From Octopus sinensis (taxonomy: Eukaryota), in NCBI RefSeq assembly GCF_006345805.1, contig NC_043004.1, forward strand, positions 56,792,001-56,856,000: 64,000 nt of DNA, given 5' to 3'. The position numbers were made by a program, and so were the translations under genes. Positions 13,591 to 27,019 of the stretch are shown one piece after another. Numbering within the stretch: position 1 is the first letter of the stretch; each line of letters starts with the position of its first letter. Under the pieces are notes generated by a model. The model ran no database searches. It saw only the letters and a list, made by a program, of their open reading frames with translations, and was not told the DNA's origin.

Positions 13591-14556
13591 AGTAGAATTA
13601 GAATGGGCGCTGACATTTGCGTTCCTTCAATAACTCGTATCCATGTAAACACATTACGCTATATATTAATCGTATTTTAGCAAATACCATCCGCGTTTTG
13701 ATTTGTAAGTTATTATTTGGCAACGGGAAAGGAAATATGCTGCATCATATTGGACTATTTTTGTATATTTTTATTTTCATGCATAAAGAGACCAATTGCT
13801 CATTCATTTTGCTATTACGTCTTCAAATATATTTTTAGAGTGAATTTCTGTTCACTATTCCAAATATAGACCACGAAGATTTTATTTAAAGAATACCTTT
13901 TGAATATTCTTCACTTAATTTACGTAATATGATGTAAACAATCTTTCAAGTGATCCAATCTTAGATTGAGTAAGATATTGTACAGTTAGGTCTATCTTTA
14001 TAAATGCTTATGTAATCGCTGGACTACCAATATATGTCAAAAGTAGTTACTATTTTGGTTGAGTAGATTTGTAATATATAATGCATGATATACTACTGTG
14101 TACATATATATGTATATATACCTTAATTTATGAGATATTTATTATGCATATATTGCGAGTTACATAACTACATTGTACCTAAAATCTAACGTTAATATTT
14201 TTAACTTCATTTAATAGATATATTTTTCTGCGAACATAAAATTGTAAATAAAAATGAGAAAAACAGTATTAAATATGGAAGCGCTATATTCAGGGTAAGT
14301 GTTGGAATGTATCTCCCTACACACACACAAACACATACACACACACACACACACAGAGTAAGAAATTATCAAATTAAATAAGAATTCCTATCAAGCAGAG
14401 AATGTAGAACAGTGTGTGAGTACAAATATTAAGCATTTGAAGATGGTGTGGCCTGAATAGATTTCTGATGACAATCGGAAATTCTACATGGAACATTCAT
14501 GGGGTTGATGTAGTATTTAGATAAAAGACAGAGAGAAATACTACTCCAAATCTACT

Positions 14557-14651
<95 letters not shown>

Positions 14652-14678
14652 ATGTGTGTGTGTGTGTGCGTGCGTGTA

Positions 14679-14915
14679 TACGAGGGATCACCGAAAAGTA
14701 ACTGTAAACATTCTCTGAGGGACTGGCCCGTCGCAGTTTAGGCTTCCGCCGCTAGAAGCTACTTGATGCAACCCTCAGACATCGGTATACTGACTGACGT
14801 CGTCCAGTAAGGTTCTACTTCTACGTGGTGCGTTTTTGATTTTCGATGCTTCTTCCATGTTCGTTGATTTTTGTGATGGCTGAAACAAAAGAACAACGTG
14901 CTTCCCTGAATTTCT
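14679..14915 (+). mobile_element. 5' end of a Tc1/mariner element (left TIR and start of the transposase), truncated
   Basis: TA|CGAGGGATCACCGAAAAGT is a mariner-type terminus. The ATG at 14876 gives MAETKEQRASLNFWF, resembling mariner transposase N-termini (M....EQR..IKFC). The sequence then breaks off. Confidence 0.7.
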
Positions 14916-15005
14916 GGTTTGTTCCAAGTAATGTGTTACGTATCTGGTTTGTTCCAAGTAATGTGTTACGAGGAAAATCCATCCTCAATACTTGAATTAA
15001 ATATA

Positions 15006-15165
15006 ATCGACGGGCTTCCTTCAGTTTCTGCCTACCAAATCCACTGACAATGTTTGGGTGGTCAGTAGCTGTATTAGAAGACACCCACCCAAAATGTGCC
15101 AGGCGGTGGGATTGAACAAGAAACCATATGGTTACGAAGCAATCTCCTTACCAAACAACCACACA
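15006..15165 (-). mobile_element. Diverged 5' half of SINE family A
   Basis: CGACGGGCTTCCTTCAGTTTCTGCCTACCAAATCCACT...CTTACCAAACAACCAC is the reverse complement of the family A head and core. Confidence 0.65.
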
Positions 15166-15616
15166 TGTATGCATGTATATATGTGTGCTTGTACGTGTGT
15201 ATGTGTGCTTGTGTCAACATAACTGTTTCGCACATTTCTTAACACTTCATTTAATGCAGTAGGTAATGCAGAAAGGCTGTCAAAATAAAATAACATTAAA
15301 AAAAGCTATGCCGTTGTGTATGTCTAGCTTGCAAGAATGGTTAAATACTTTTAAAATCATATTGATTTTAAAGTTTTGTCTCTGTTGATTCTGCTGCTAA
15401 TGCTATATATTCGTAGTAACGCAAAACTTAGGTTAGGTATAAAGTTTGTTTCATGTTATTGCAGAAATTATTCTGGTGTTTACACTCTTGTATTAAACAT
15501 AAACTAAGTGATAGAACCCGTTGGCAAAATAATCCTTACGCCAAGTAAACAGAAAATAAGATAAAATTTTTTATGAAAAATAGTGATAATTTCGTACTAA
15601 GTAAACAAGATAGATA

Positions 15617-15663
15617 TTAGTAGTAGTAGTGGTGGTAGTAGTAATAATAATGATGATGATGAT

Positions 15664-15706
<43 letters not shown>

Positions 15707-15735
15707 TAATTATAATAATAATAATAATACATAAC
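15617..15735. repeat. Compound trinucleotide microsatellite (TAG/TGG/TGA/TAA)n
   Basis: Seen directly. Confidence 0.9.
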
Positions 15736-18414
15736 GTAATTCTGCTTATATGTGACGTCCAATGTTAAGAGATTACCATATTTATTAAATAGTCGTGATT
15801 TTATTTTAAGTTGGCGCCTGTAGTCTATCATAATGTTAACATTTAGACAAGCCGCACGGTATAAACATAACAAAAAGATGCATTGCAAGAGTATTATATT
15901 TACATAAATACATAAATTTAAGCCATTCTTCCATCAGGCTGTTCCTCTTTATGTACAATATTATAGTCACGCAGAAGAAAATTGGGCAGTATATTGCTAT
16001 TGATAGTACTGATAAAACTATCATATCATTCACATGTCTAGAATACATAGATCACCTACGTTATGTTTTTTTCTTCATCAATAGCTACGCATTTAAAATG
16101 TATAGAGACGCAAAAATTTACATATACATGAAAACATAAAGACATGAGCAAAAGATATAAAGATACGAATAAATAATGATAATATTTTAATATACATAAG
16201 CAATGTGTTTACAAAACAGAATAACATTATTTGAGACAAACAGAAAGCAGTTTTTTTTTTTTAAGACGAGAGCTTTATTTTTTTGTTATAGCTTTCCCAC
16301 AAGGTCACGTAGAGGTGTAAATTGTGAGGATCAGAACCAATTATGCGTACTCTCTTACAGTGATAGCTTCTACACACCAAGTTCAAATACTCACGATCCA
16401 TGTTTAGTATTATATTTTCTTAACTTACAAACAATACTTATCAGTATTATTCTGTATTCTTTACAAGCATTGCAAATAGAGAACAGAGCTCTCTTGCAAG
16501 CCAGTCATGACCTTTTAAATAGTCACCTGTCCTGTTAGAAATACCTTCTAAATCATCCTCGAATAATATCTGTACAGTTATTAAAAAGAAATTGAAAACT
16601 ATAGAATGTTGGTTAAATGTAGACGGAAACTGAAAGAAGCCCATTGTTTATATATATAAATTTTAGCCCATGCGGCTTAACCATTGACTTTTAAATGTTA
16701 TTTCATCAACTAACATACGTAGAAGAGTTTCTTTTCCCTTGGAGTTATTATGGTTCGGATAAATTCAACTACGGTTAATGACATTTTATTTACGTCAGTA
16801 ATAATCAACCGATAAGCTTGTATGCATATTCTTATTACTCTCCAGCGAAATATAAATACAATTAAAGAGGGTTAATAAGTTTATTTGATTCAGCTGAGCC
16901 TCAAATACCAATCTTCCCGATATTTTACGTCATCAGAATTTGGCTAAATGTAATCCTCAAAAAATAGCGTTAAAGTCTCTCAGGAATAGAACGGTGAGTT
17001 GACAGAAATGGTAGAGTGGTTTGAAAAGTCTCTCATATACATTGTTGGAGATCTTTATGTTCTCTGGAGTTCAATTTTACTATCTCTTTATTCGAGGTCT
17101 ATAATGTAAAAGAATCAAAGATGGGTAAAGCACTCTTAAATAACCAGTTTTACTTTCCCTTCGAAACGTGTATCTATGCGGTAAGCTTAGAATCATAACT
17201 GCAAATTGAAATGTGGTTAACATGCTTGTTTCGAATGCATATTATTCAATTCATTTACACGGTTCCTTAGGCCAGAGCCTTCTACTATTGTTACGGTTTG
17301 ACCAATTTCTAGACAGAAACTCCACTCTTTCTGTATGGAAAATCTTTACTAATCAATATGCGATGGTAAAATAAATACCAAGGAAATGCCGCCGATATAA
17401 TAGACACAAATCCATGAAGTTAATTACCCTGCACCCAACCCGCATATCACCAGTTCACACAGACTTATGCCAGTCAAAATATAACCTATTAACTAAAGAG
17501 GTGAAATCATTTCTTATAACTATGTAGTTATTTTAACCCGACACCAGTGTAACCTCTGACAAGAAAATTAGATATTTCAGTCATGCAAAATAATATAGAA
17601 CGTCATAATTTGCAGGAAATTTCAAAATATGTCTATGATGCAGGAAGTAATCAAATATATTACTAAACATAATATTTTCTTCTCTGTAGTCTTAACAAGT
17701 TATACATTTGGCTGCAATATCTTAATTATCTAAATATTGGCGAAGCATAGCTTACAAACAAATTAATCACATTTGCCTAAATAGCATTTTCAGAATAATG
17801 GTTTCCAAAGTTTTTTCACTGTAGGCAATTGTAACACGTATTATACTTTCATATTTTAATAAATCTATTTACATGATCTTATCTGATTCAATGGCGCATA
17901 TTCCTGTTGATCTACGTGATGGCAAAATTGCTTCCCTTTCAGATGTAGCTTTATGTAGCTTTATCTAATCCCAGCACACTAATTTAATGGTAGCTATCTC
18001 ATTCGGCTTCGATCTATAAAGCCTTTTCATCTTTCGTTCTTCTAATATAGAAACGTGAGAACACAGACACGCACACATAAATTCAAATCACACGCACACT
18101 TATGCTCATGTACACCTGTTTCTTTATTCTTTCATCATTCAAGCATGTGTCACTTACCTCCCTCACTCACACAAACTGTGCGTGTGAGCGTATGTGAAAG
18201 CCCGTATGTTTTGATGTGAGAATAGAGGTACAGAAAGAGGGAAAGAGAGAGAGAGAAGCAGAGAGAGCGATGGATTCTAAGAATACTGTTCAATATTTCA
18301 GTTTTATTACCGAGTAACATGAACACGTTCACATCCACACTCACAAACACATTCACAATCCCTATGTATATGTGTATACACATATAATATATATATTTAT
18401 ATATATATATACAT

Positions 18415-18510
18415 ACGATGGGCTTCTTTTAGTTTCTGTCTACCATATCCACTCACAAATCTTTGGTCACCTCGAGGCTATAGTATTAGCTACTTGCCCA
18501 AGGTGCTACG
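18415..18510 (-). mobile_element. SINE family A core fragment
   Basis: GGGCTTCTTTTAGTTTCTGTCTACCATATCCACTCACAAA...CTTGCCCAAGGTGC. Confidence 0.65.
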
Positions 18511-18597
18511 TTCATAAGTATATATGAATGTATATATGTATATATACATACATACATATATATATATATATGTATATATATATACACATATATATAC

Positions 18598-18667
18598 ATA
18601 TTTATGCATACGAAGATATGGATGTGTATATATATATATACATATTTATGCATACGAAAATATGAAC

Positions 18668-18703
<36 letters not shown>

Positions 18704-18778
18704 GCATACGAAGATATGGATGTGTATATTATATATATATATATATACATATTTATGCATACGAAGATATGAACGTGC

Positions 18779-18824
<46 letters not shown>

Positions 18825-18850
18825 GCATACGAAGATATGAATGTGTATAT
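18598..18850. repeat. Minisatellite: five copies of TTTATGCATACGAAGATATG+6 nt separated by variable (TA)n
   Basis: Cores begin at 18601, 18645, 18699, 18752 and 18820. Confidence 0.9.
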
Positions 18851-19162
18851 ATATATATATGTATGTATATACATACATACACACATATATATACACAGAC
18901 AGACAGACAGATAGATAGATTGTTAGATGTCTCACATTTTAAGTATAATGTGGTGTAGTCCGGAAAAAAATTCCTTTAAATATAGGATGTGAAATGTCAG
19001 GTAATCTGAAAGTATTTTATTTTGTTTCAGAACGCATGCGTACAAATATACATACATTCATAGATACATACATACAGACAGACAAAGAGGCATATAAATG
19101 ATTGGAGTGAGTATATATACGTACATACAGACATATAAATGATTGGAGTGTGTATATACATA

Positions 19163-19535
19163 CTCTCTCTTTTACTCTTTTACTTGTTTCAGTCATTTGA
19201 CTGCGGCCATGCTGGAGCACCGCCTTTAGTCGAGCAAATCGACCCCGGGACTTATTTTTTGTAAGCCCAGTACTTATTCTATCGGTCTCTTTTGTCGAAC
19301 CGCTAAGTGACGGGGATGTAAACACACCGGCATCGGTTGTCAAGCAATGCTAGGGGGACAACCACACACATACAAATATATACATATACATATATACGAC
19401 AGGCTTCTTTCAGTTTCCGTCTAGCAAATCCACTCACAAAGCATTGGTCGGCCCGGGCTATAGCGGAAGACACTTGCCCAAGATGCCACGTAGTGGGACT
19501 GAACCCGTAACCATGTTGTTGGTAGCAAGCTACTT
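19163..19535 (-). mobile_element. SINE family A, body and 3' part (5' head displaced to 21536-21575 by an insertion)
   Basis: Complete family A sequence in reverse orientation that stops at ...TTGGTAGCAAGCTACTT (19535). Confidence 0.92.
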
Positions 19536-21535
19536 TATTTCAAAACATTTGCCATAAAGGCAGTACACAGATTAAGTTAACTTTGCGGGCTGGACGAGGA
19601 CATTAATGAAGTGAATGATAATGAAAGAAAGATGATAAGGATGGGAGAAGACAAAAGCGCCCGCCGACTTTCGCTTCTCTAAAACATTGTTCTTTTTAAA
19701 AGGATAAACACAAAACGAGGTATTAAACCTCTTTCAATTTTTCAATTTTTGGACTTAGCAGTCCATTATTAATACTAACAGTTCAATAATTACATATCGT
19801 CCTCGAAATAGCTTGTGCCCGCGCCCTCCACCATCATACACGCCTCCCTCAGAACGTAGTCAAGTTCCGAGTTCGCGTCGCCCGGGACCAAGCTATAATC
19901 TCCATTGAGCTCCTTTAGCCCAAGCGTCACGTCGAACGCCACGGCCTCCACAGCTATCTGCGGAGGCCATTCGGGGTCCTGTGTGAAGGCTAAAGGAGCT
20001 CCCTTGTGGTACTCTTCCATCATTTTTTTTTCAATTTCTCCTCCTCTATAGAAGAGGACCAATACCAGTTCTTTCGTTGGCGGCACAGTTCCCGCCAACG
20101 TCTGCGGCTCATGGGTATCAGCCGCCCGACCTCTCTTTCTTTTTCTCCTCCTTCTTTTGGGGGAGGCTGCTGACCCAGGGGACCCCGTCACCAGACACGG
20201 GGGATCGCTATCCCCCTCCGCCACCTGAGCGTTCTTTGGCGAGCAACCATTGTTGCTCGCCTGTCTTTTTTCGTGGAGGCAACCTCCTCCACGAATTCCA
20301 CCGTCTCCCCCTCCAATGAGGGAGCGGCGGGCGCCTTTTCCCCTTCATGCTCCGGGGCACCACCACGGCCCCCGGGACAATTCTTCTTGATATGTCCGGG
20401 CTTCAGGCACAGGTGACACTTGGGGGGGCGACCCTCGAGTATCACCGGGTACCTGTGCCCAGCCATTCTCAGGAAGTCCGGGAATTTCATTTCTCCCACG
20501 GCCACCGGGGTCCACAGGGTCAAAGTTGCCTTTGACCCCTCCCAGGCGACCGTGGGAGCCATTTTCACACTCAGTAGCCTGGGTCCGCTATCCCCCAGGC
20601 CCTGCCGGATGGTCTTCTCGATCCATTCCGCATCCGTGCCTGGGGGCAGCCCACAATCCCAGGCTCTTTTTATTTTTCTGCCACAATACGAGGGGAGGAA
20701 CAAAATTTCCTCTCCCTCCAGTGGCTCGCTAGCCATTCTGCTAGCTTCCTCGGGGGTATTAAACAGCAACCAAACCGTTGCAAATTTATTCCCCCGAGAA
20801 ATAAACTTTATCGTTGGTAGGTGGTCCCCCAACGCTTTCTCTATGGTGCTCCTGTCGAAGAGGGCGATAGCTCCACGCGACCTAGAATAGGTTCGTAGGA
20901 CCACCGTCCTCTTCTCAAGACTTTCAATCCACTGCTTGGGTGGGACAACCTCTCATTCCAAAGCAGTGGTTTCTTTTGTTGCCATGATTTTGAAAAATGT
21001 TCAACTAAAAGTTCAAAGTCCAATAAGAAAAAAAACACAATGACAGAACAGAAAGACAGAACAGAGAAAAGGACGAAGGAAGACATTTCAAATAATGGCA
21101 ACATAGTTCAACTAAAAGTTAATTTTTTTTTTTCTTTTCACTTTTTTCGGCCAAAAAATTGTATTCAAGGCCAAATGTACAGCTGGTAAAACACCTTGGT
21201 AAAATAATCCTTGGTACTCCTTGGTAATTCCCGTGGATAACACAAAGACAATTTCAAAAACAATTTTTGCAGACGGACTACGCCGCTTTAAAAATACAAT
21301 TCTCACTGCAAAGTGAGTCTTTACACTCGACAACAGGCAGAAAAATTATATCTGGAGCAAAGTGGAGTTTTATTATCTGCTAAAAAATATTAAATGCTAA
21401 AAAACATTAAATGCAAGCAACAAAAATTCACTAAACTCCCAAAAATACAAAATGCCTACCTGTAGTCGAGTCAAAAGTTCAATATTTCACTTTAACACGT
21501 GACATTTGCCGGAGCAAAAAACAGCACGTCTGTCT
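19536..21535 (-). mobile_element. 2.0 kb non-autonomous Tx1/L1-like retroelement encoding ORF1 only (HAL1-like)
   Basis: The 5' end AGACAGACGTGCTGTTTTTTGCTCCGG is followed by a ~550 bp 5' UTR, a gag-like ORF and a ~250 bp 3' UTR ending in AATAAA. Flanks are the near-duplicates GGTAGCAAGCTACTT (19521-19535) and GGTAAGAAACTACTT (21536-21550). No endonuclease or RT coding sequence is present. Confidence 0.8.
19790..20985 (-). pseudogene. Disrupted ORF1p (gag-like nucleic-acid-binding protein, ~398 aa reconstructed) with one CX2CX4HX4C zinc knuckle
   Basis: The ATG at 20985 (MATKETTALE*EVVPPKQWIESLEKRTVVLRTY...) is in frame with ORF 20188-20904 and has one TGA at codon 11. The knuckle is CHLCLKPGHIKKNC. 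A single frameshift, probably in the A-run near 20270, joins it to ORF 19790-20224 (basic KRRRRKRKR patch, stop at 19790). Confidence 0.85.
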
Positions 21536-21575
21536 GGTAAGAAACTACTTACCACACAGCCACTCCTGCGCCTAT
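21536..21575 (-). mobile_element. Displaced 5' head of the SINE A copy at 19163-19535
   Basis: Reverse complement ATAGGCGCAGGAGTGGCTGTGTGGTAAGTAGTTTCTTACC matches the head of the intact copy at 27590. Confidence 0.9.
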
Positions 21576-23372
21576 GGAGTGGCTACATACATACACACAT
21601 ACATACATACACGTGTATTTAAAGAGGCATCTAGTATTGGAGTGAGTGTATTTGTATTTGAAACGACTATTTAAAATATTTGCTTCTCAAATGATAACAA
21701 ACGCCAACGATATAGCCAAAATATTTATTCATACTGTAGATATAATGGATATCCTATTCAGAAATTGATGGTCTTCTCAATGTGATGTCAGATATTCATA
21801 GATATTAATCCATAAAGTGTTCGGTTTTCAGGAATTATCTACTGCTACTTATCAATATGTTAAAAGATGCTTTTGAACGTAATCTCTTGAATAATAGCAA
21901 ATAGCAATGCAGAGTGTCGCAGTAAATAGCCGAGGGATACGTTCCGCTACAATCTGTTCGTGTTGTTTGAACATTTATCTACGGCTTGTTTGAAATTTGA
22001 TATTATTATTGTCAGTTCTGAAGTTATAATCCTTCAGGATAAAAATATGATAAATATACCTTTATAATGAGTGATAAAATTCACTCGTAAAAGTTTCCTG
22101 TATATACTTGTATGAAACCTAAAAAATAAAACTAAGTTGTTAAAATTACCTTCAAGTAGAAATGTGGGCAATTGTGAACATCGAGAGAAAGTAGGTTACA
22201 TACTCTACACTTCTGTTACGAAAATAAGAGTGCTCTCTCCAATACTCATTGACATGTCTTTACCTCAACGAATACTGTGAACATTCTTCACCGGTAAATT
22301 TGCGTATGTGTGTATATATTTTACATACACACACAGACATATATATATAAAGCTGTTATCTTTATTAGTTGTCAGTTAAAATAAAGAGTGATATTTTTGA
22401 AACTTTAAGACCGACAAATAGAAAAGGAACAGAATCACTTTACGTTACATGATATACTTCATCGGGAATCATTAATAGAACTATTTTTTCACGTAGAAAG
22501 CTAGAGACACATATGAGAATTGAAATGGGAATAATAATGTGAGATATTTATAGCAATAAAATGGCGAAATTATACGTTAGACACAGGAGATGCCATATAT
22601 TTTCCTGGCAGTTTATAGTGATCCCCAGTAAGCAATAATCTAGCTTGCTAAAGCATTTAGTAATTCAAATGACACATGATAATCTACGATTGTAACTTTA
22701 TATGAACACATCACATTGGTTCACAAAGGCGTTAGATTACATTTTGTAGTAGATTTATATATTTAAGTATTACAACTATTTAAATGTGAACCCTGAATGT
22801 ACAAGACAATACCAATCATTGTTATATGCAAGTAATATCCGCTAACTTTTTTATTATAAAAGCGTAACTGATTTTATTCATTTCAAATAAACTCAGGAAC
22901 CTGTCACGCAATAGTAGTTTAATCTACGTCCTGTACTTGAATCTGCTGTGGTAAAGTTTAATTTCCGATTAGTATTGGATTCGATTTGACCAATAAATAA
23001 ATGTATTTCCCATGGTGATACTCCTCTTGGGAGGAATATTAACCCTTAAATATTTTTACAGACAAATAAGTGTTGTGTTCAGAACCATAGTGACTCCACA
23101 GGAAAAGAAACTCTTATACGTATATCGAATGAACTAATTAAACATAGAATGTTAATAAAACTCAATTGTTGCTCCACTGGCAAATTTAATAGTCCCAAAC
23201 TGATCAGCAATTATTGATAAAACAGAGTAGGCATCGTCTTAAGGTTAACATTTTTATTGCAATATGATTATTACTCAGTAAACATATACTGATGTATTTG
23301 GGAAATCTAATGGTTATATTTTCGAATCCTCTTCGAAAGTCTCGTTGAATATATTAGGCGTTTAAATATATC

Positions 23373-23403
<31 letters not shown>

Positions 23404-23404
23404 G

Positions 23405-23690
23405 TAGGTCCCGGGTTGATTCGGGGTTAACCACAGTAAGTAAGGTACTCAATACATAGCAGAGTAAAATTAATTTATTATATAGAAGGAGCTTCTACAG
23501 GACTAGTACTGTTTCATTCAAGAGAAATCTTCAGGAAGCTATTTAACAAGAATTGTATTAGCATTTATACATTTAGGCAGGTTTAAAGGAGTGGTGGTGG
23601 GGGACTTTTTGGGGGTAGGCATAGCGCAAAATATCATACTTGGGGGAGTGGTCAAGGAGTCAGTGGTAAGTTAGATGAAAGAATAGATAA
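23405..23690 (-). mobile_element. Penelope-like terminal segment (pseudo-LTR) abutting (TA)n
   Basis: Non-coding segment containing a type I hammerhead motif followed by AATAAA and ending at a TA tract. The PLE assignment is inferred from the known association of hammerheads with PLE pseudo-LTRs. Confidence 0.5.
23490..23540 (-). ncRNA. Type I hammerhead ribozyme motif (left arm)
   Basis: Minus strand: AGCTTC CTGAAGA T-TTC-TCTT-GAA-T GAA ACAG TACTAGTC CTGT A | GAAGCT. Stem I is 6 bp and stem III is 4 bp with a palindromic ACTAGT loop. The cleavage triplet is GUA. There is a U-U pair at the base of stem II. Confidence 0.7.
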
Positions 23691-24760
23691 ATAGAAAAAT
23701 AATAAAATAATAAAATAATAAAATAAAAAAAATAAAAAAATAATAAAAAAATAAAAAATAAAAAAATAAATAAATAAAAAATAAAATAATAAAATAAAAA
23801 AATAAAAAAATAAAAAAATAAAAATGCACACACAACACACCTAGTTCCCTATATACACATATTTACACCTATATATACACATACACCCACATACGCATAT
23901 GTACATATATATATATATATATACATATACACGCATACATATATATACATGTGTGCACATACATACACACACACACATACATACACATACACATACACAT
24001 GTGTACCTATACATACCTACACACACACACACATACATACATACATATATATATATATATACAATCCAATACAGGCCCATACCCTAGTTTTAATTTTATT
24101 ATCTTCATTTATTACTTTTGTTATCTTTGATCGCTAGAGCTAAGGATCCTGGCTATGGCAGCATGTCCATTTGTCTGTCTACTAGAAGGCAAGTACTCAT
24201 TCCCGCACGCACACTCGTTAGCACGTACATTCACATTCAACCATTCGTACACTCATACACATACACGTACGCACGCGTTATATTCATACATACAAATATC
24301 TACATACGTTCACGTATATACACATACGTAATCGTACCTACAGATTCGTGTCTACACTTTAGGAGGCTAGTCTATACATATACACCAATAAATATACATA
24401 TATATATATATATATATATAATACACATATACATACACACAACACAATATATACTCCTACATACAGATACATACCTATAGATTATATATATAGATACATA
24501 CATACACATACACACACTATATATATATATATATATATAATATATATACATACATACATATATATATACATACATACACATACACACACACACATACACA
24601 CACATACATACACATATACATATATATATATATATATATACATACACAACATATATACACACATATATATACATACACACATACACACATACATACGTAT
24701 ACATACATACATACATCCATACATCCATACTACATGCATTTATACGCATACACACACCCA

Positions 24761-24807
<47 letters not shown>

Positions 24808-25092
24808 TCAACACATACATATACAAATATACGCACACACATACATACATACACGTATACACATACACGCACATACACATATACATGCGTTCCCATACAC
24901 GTGCACACACGCACACGCATCCATATATACACACACACACACATATATACACGTGTGCAAGCATACATACATACTCATACGCGCACACATACTTACATAT
25001 ACATATATGCACACACTTACACACATATATATACATAACATATACATGCATACATACATATATGCCTACATACACACACGCACTCATATATA

Positions 25093-25131
<39 letters not shown>

Positions 25132-25470
25132 TATATACATACATACATACACATACACACACATATACATATACATACACATACACATACATACATTATA
25201 TACACATTATACACATATACACATACATATATACACATATACAACATATACATACCCACACCAATACATATATACATATACACTGATACACATATCCCAG
25301 ACTATATATATATATATATTATAACACACACACACACACTCATGCATATACTTATATCTCTACAATACTCACATATATAAACCTATATACAACCCACATA
25401 TATATATATATACATGTACATACACATACGCATACATATATATTATTATATATTACCTACATATATATTC

Positions 25471-25563
<93 letters not shown>

Positions 25564-26245
25564 ATATATTATATATATATATATGTAGGTATATATATAT
25601 ATATATATGTATGCGTATGTGTATGTACATGTATATATATATATTGTGTGTGTGTATGTGTGTATGTATATATGTTTATATATGTGAGTATTAGAGATAT
25701 AGTATATGCATGAGTGTGTGTGTGTGTGTGTAATATATATATATATATATGTATGGATATGTGTATCAGTGTATATGTATATATGTATGTGTGTGGGTAT
25801 GTATATGTATGTATATGTGTATTATTGTATGTGTATATGTGTATATATGTGTATATTATGTATGTATGTGTATGTGTATGTATATGTGTGTATATGTGTG
25901 TGTATGTGTATGTGTATGTATGTATATATATATATGTATATATATATATATAATATATATATATTATGAGTGCGTGTGTGTATGTAGGCATATATGTATG
26001 TATGCATGTATATGTGTATGTATATATATGGTGTAAGTGTGTGCATATATGTATATGTAAGTATGTGTGCGCGTATGAGTATGTATGTATGCTTGCACAC
26101 GTATATATATATGTGTGTGTGTGTATATATTGGATGCGTGTGCGTGTGTGCACGTGTATGGGTACGCATGTATATGTGTATGTGCGTGTATGTGTATACG
26201 TGTATGTATGTATGTGTGTGCGTATATTTGTATATGTATGTGTGA

Positions 26246-26288
<43 letters not shown>

Positions 26289-26496
26289 TGGGTGCGTGTA
26301 TGCGTATAAATGCATGTAAGTATGGATGTATGGATGTATGTATGTATGTATACGTATGTATGTGTGTATGTGTGTATGTATATATATGTGTGTATATATG
26401 TTTGTGTATGTATATATATATATATATATGTATATGTGTATGTATGTGTGTGTATGTGTGTGTGTGTATGTGTATGTATGTATATATATATGTATG

Positions 26497-26545
<49 letters not shown>

Positions 26546-26623
26546 ATGTGTATGTATGTATATATTATATATATATATAGGTATGTATCTGTATGTAGGA
26601 GTATATATATGTGTGTGTGTGTA

Positions 26624-26664
<41 letters not shown>

Positions 26665-26988
26665 TTATTGGTGTATATGTATAGACTAGCCTCCTAAAGT
26701 GTAGACACGAATCTGTAGGTACGAGTACGTATGTGTATATACGTGAACGTATGTAGATATTTGTATGTATGAATATAACGCGTGCGTACGTGTATGTGTA
26801 TGAGTGTACGAATGGGTGAATGTACGTGCTAACGAGTGTGCGTGCGGGAATGAGTACTTGCCTTCTAGTAGACAGACAAATGGACATGCTGCCATAGCCA
26901 GGATCCTTAGCTCTAGCGATCAAAGATAACAAAAGTAATAAATGAAGATAATAAAATTAAAACTAGGGTATGGGCCTGTATTGGATTG

Positions 26989-27019
<31 letters not shown>

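Noticed and set aside
16447-16575. Candidate minus-strand exon ILFEDDLEGISNRTGDYLKGHDWLARELCSLFAML
   Set aside because: It looks protein-like but is unrecognised, and the donor site is ambiguous.
18598-18850. Repeat-spacer pattern superficially like a CRISPR array
   Set aside because: The spacers are only (TA)n, the context is eukaryotic and there are no cas genes.
20420-20890. 156 aa plus-strand ORF overlapping ORF1
   Set aside because: It is the antisense shadow of a GC-rich coding region and has no motif.
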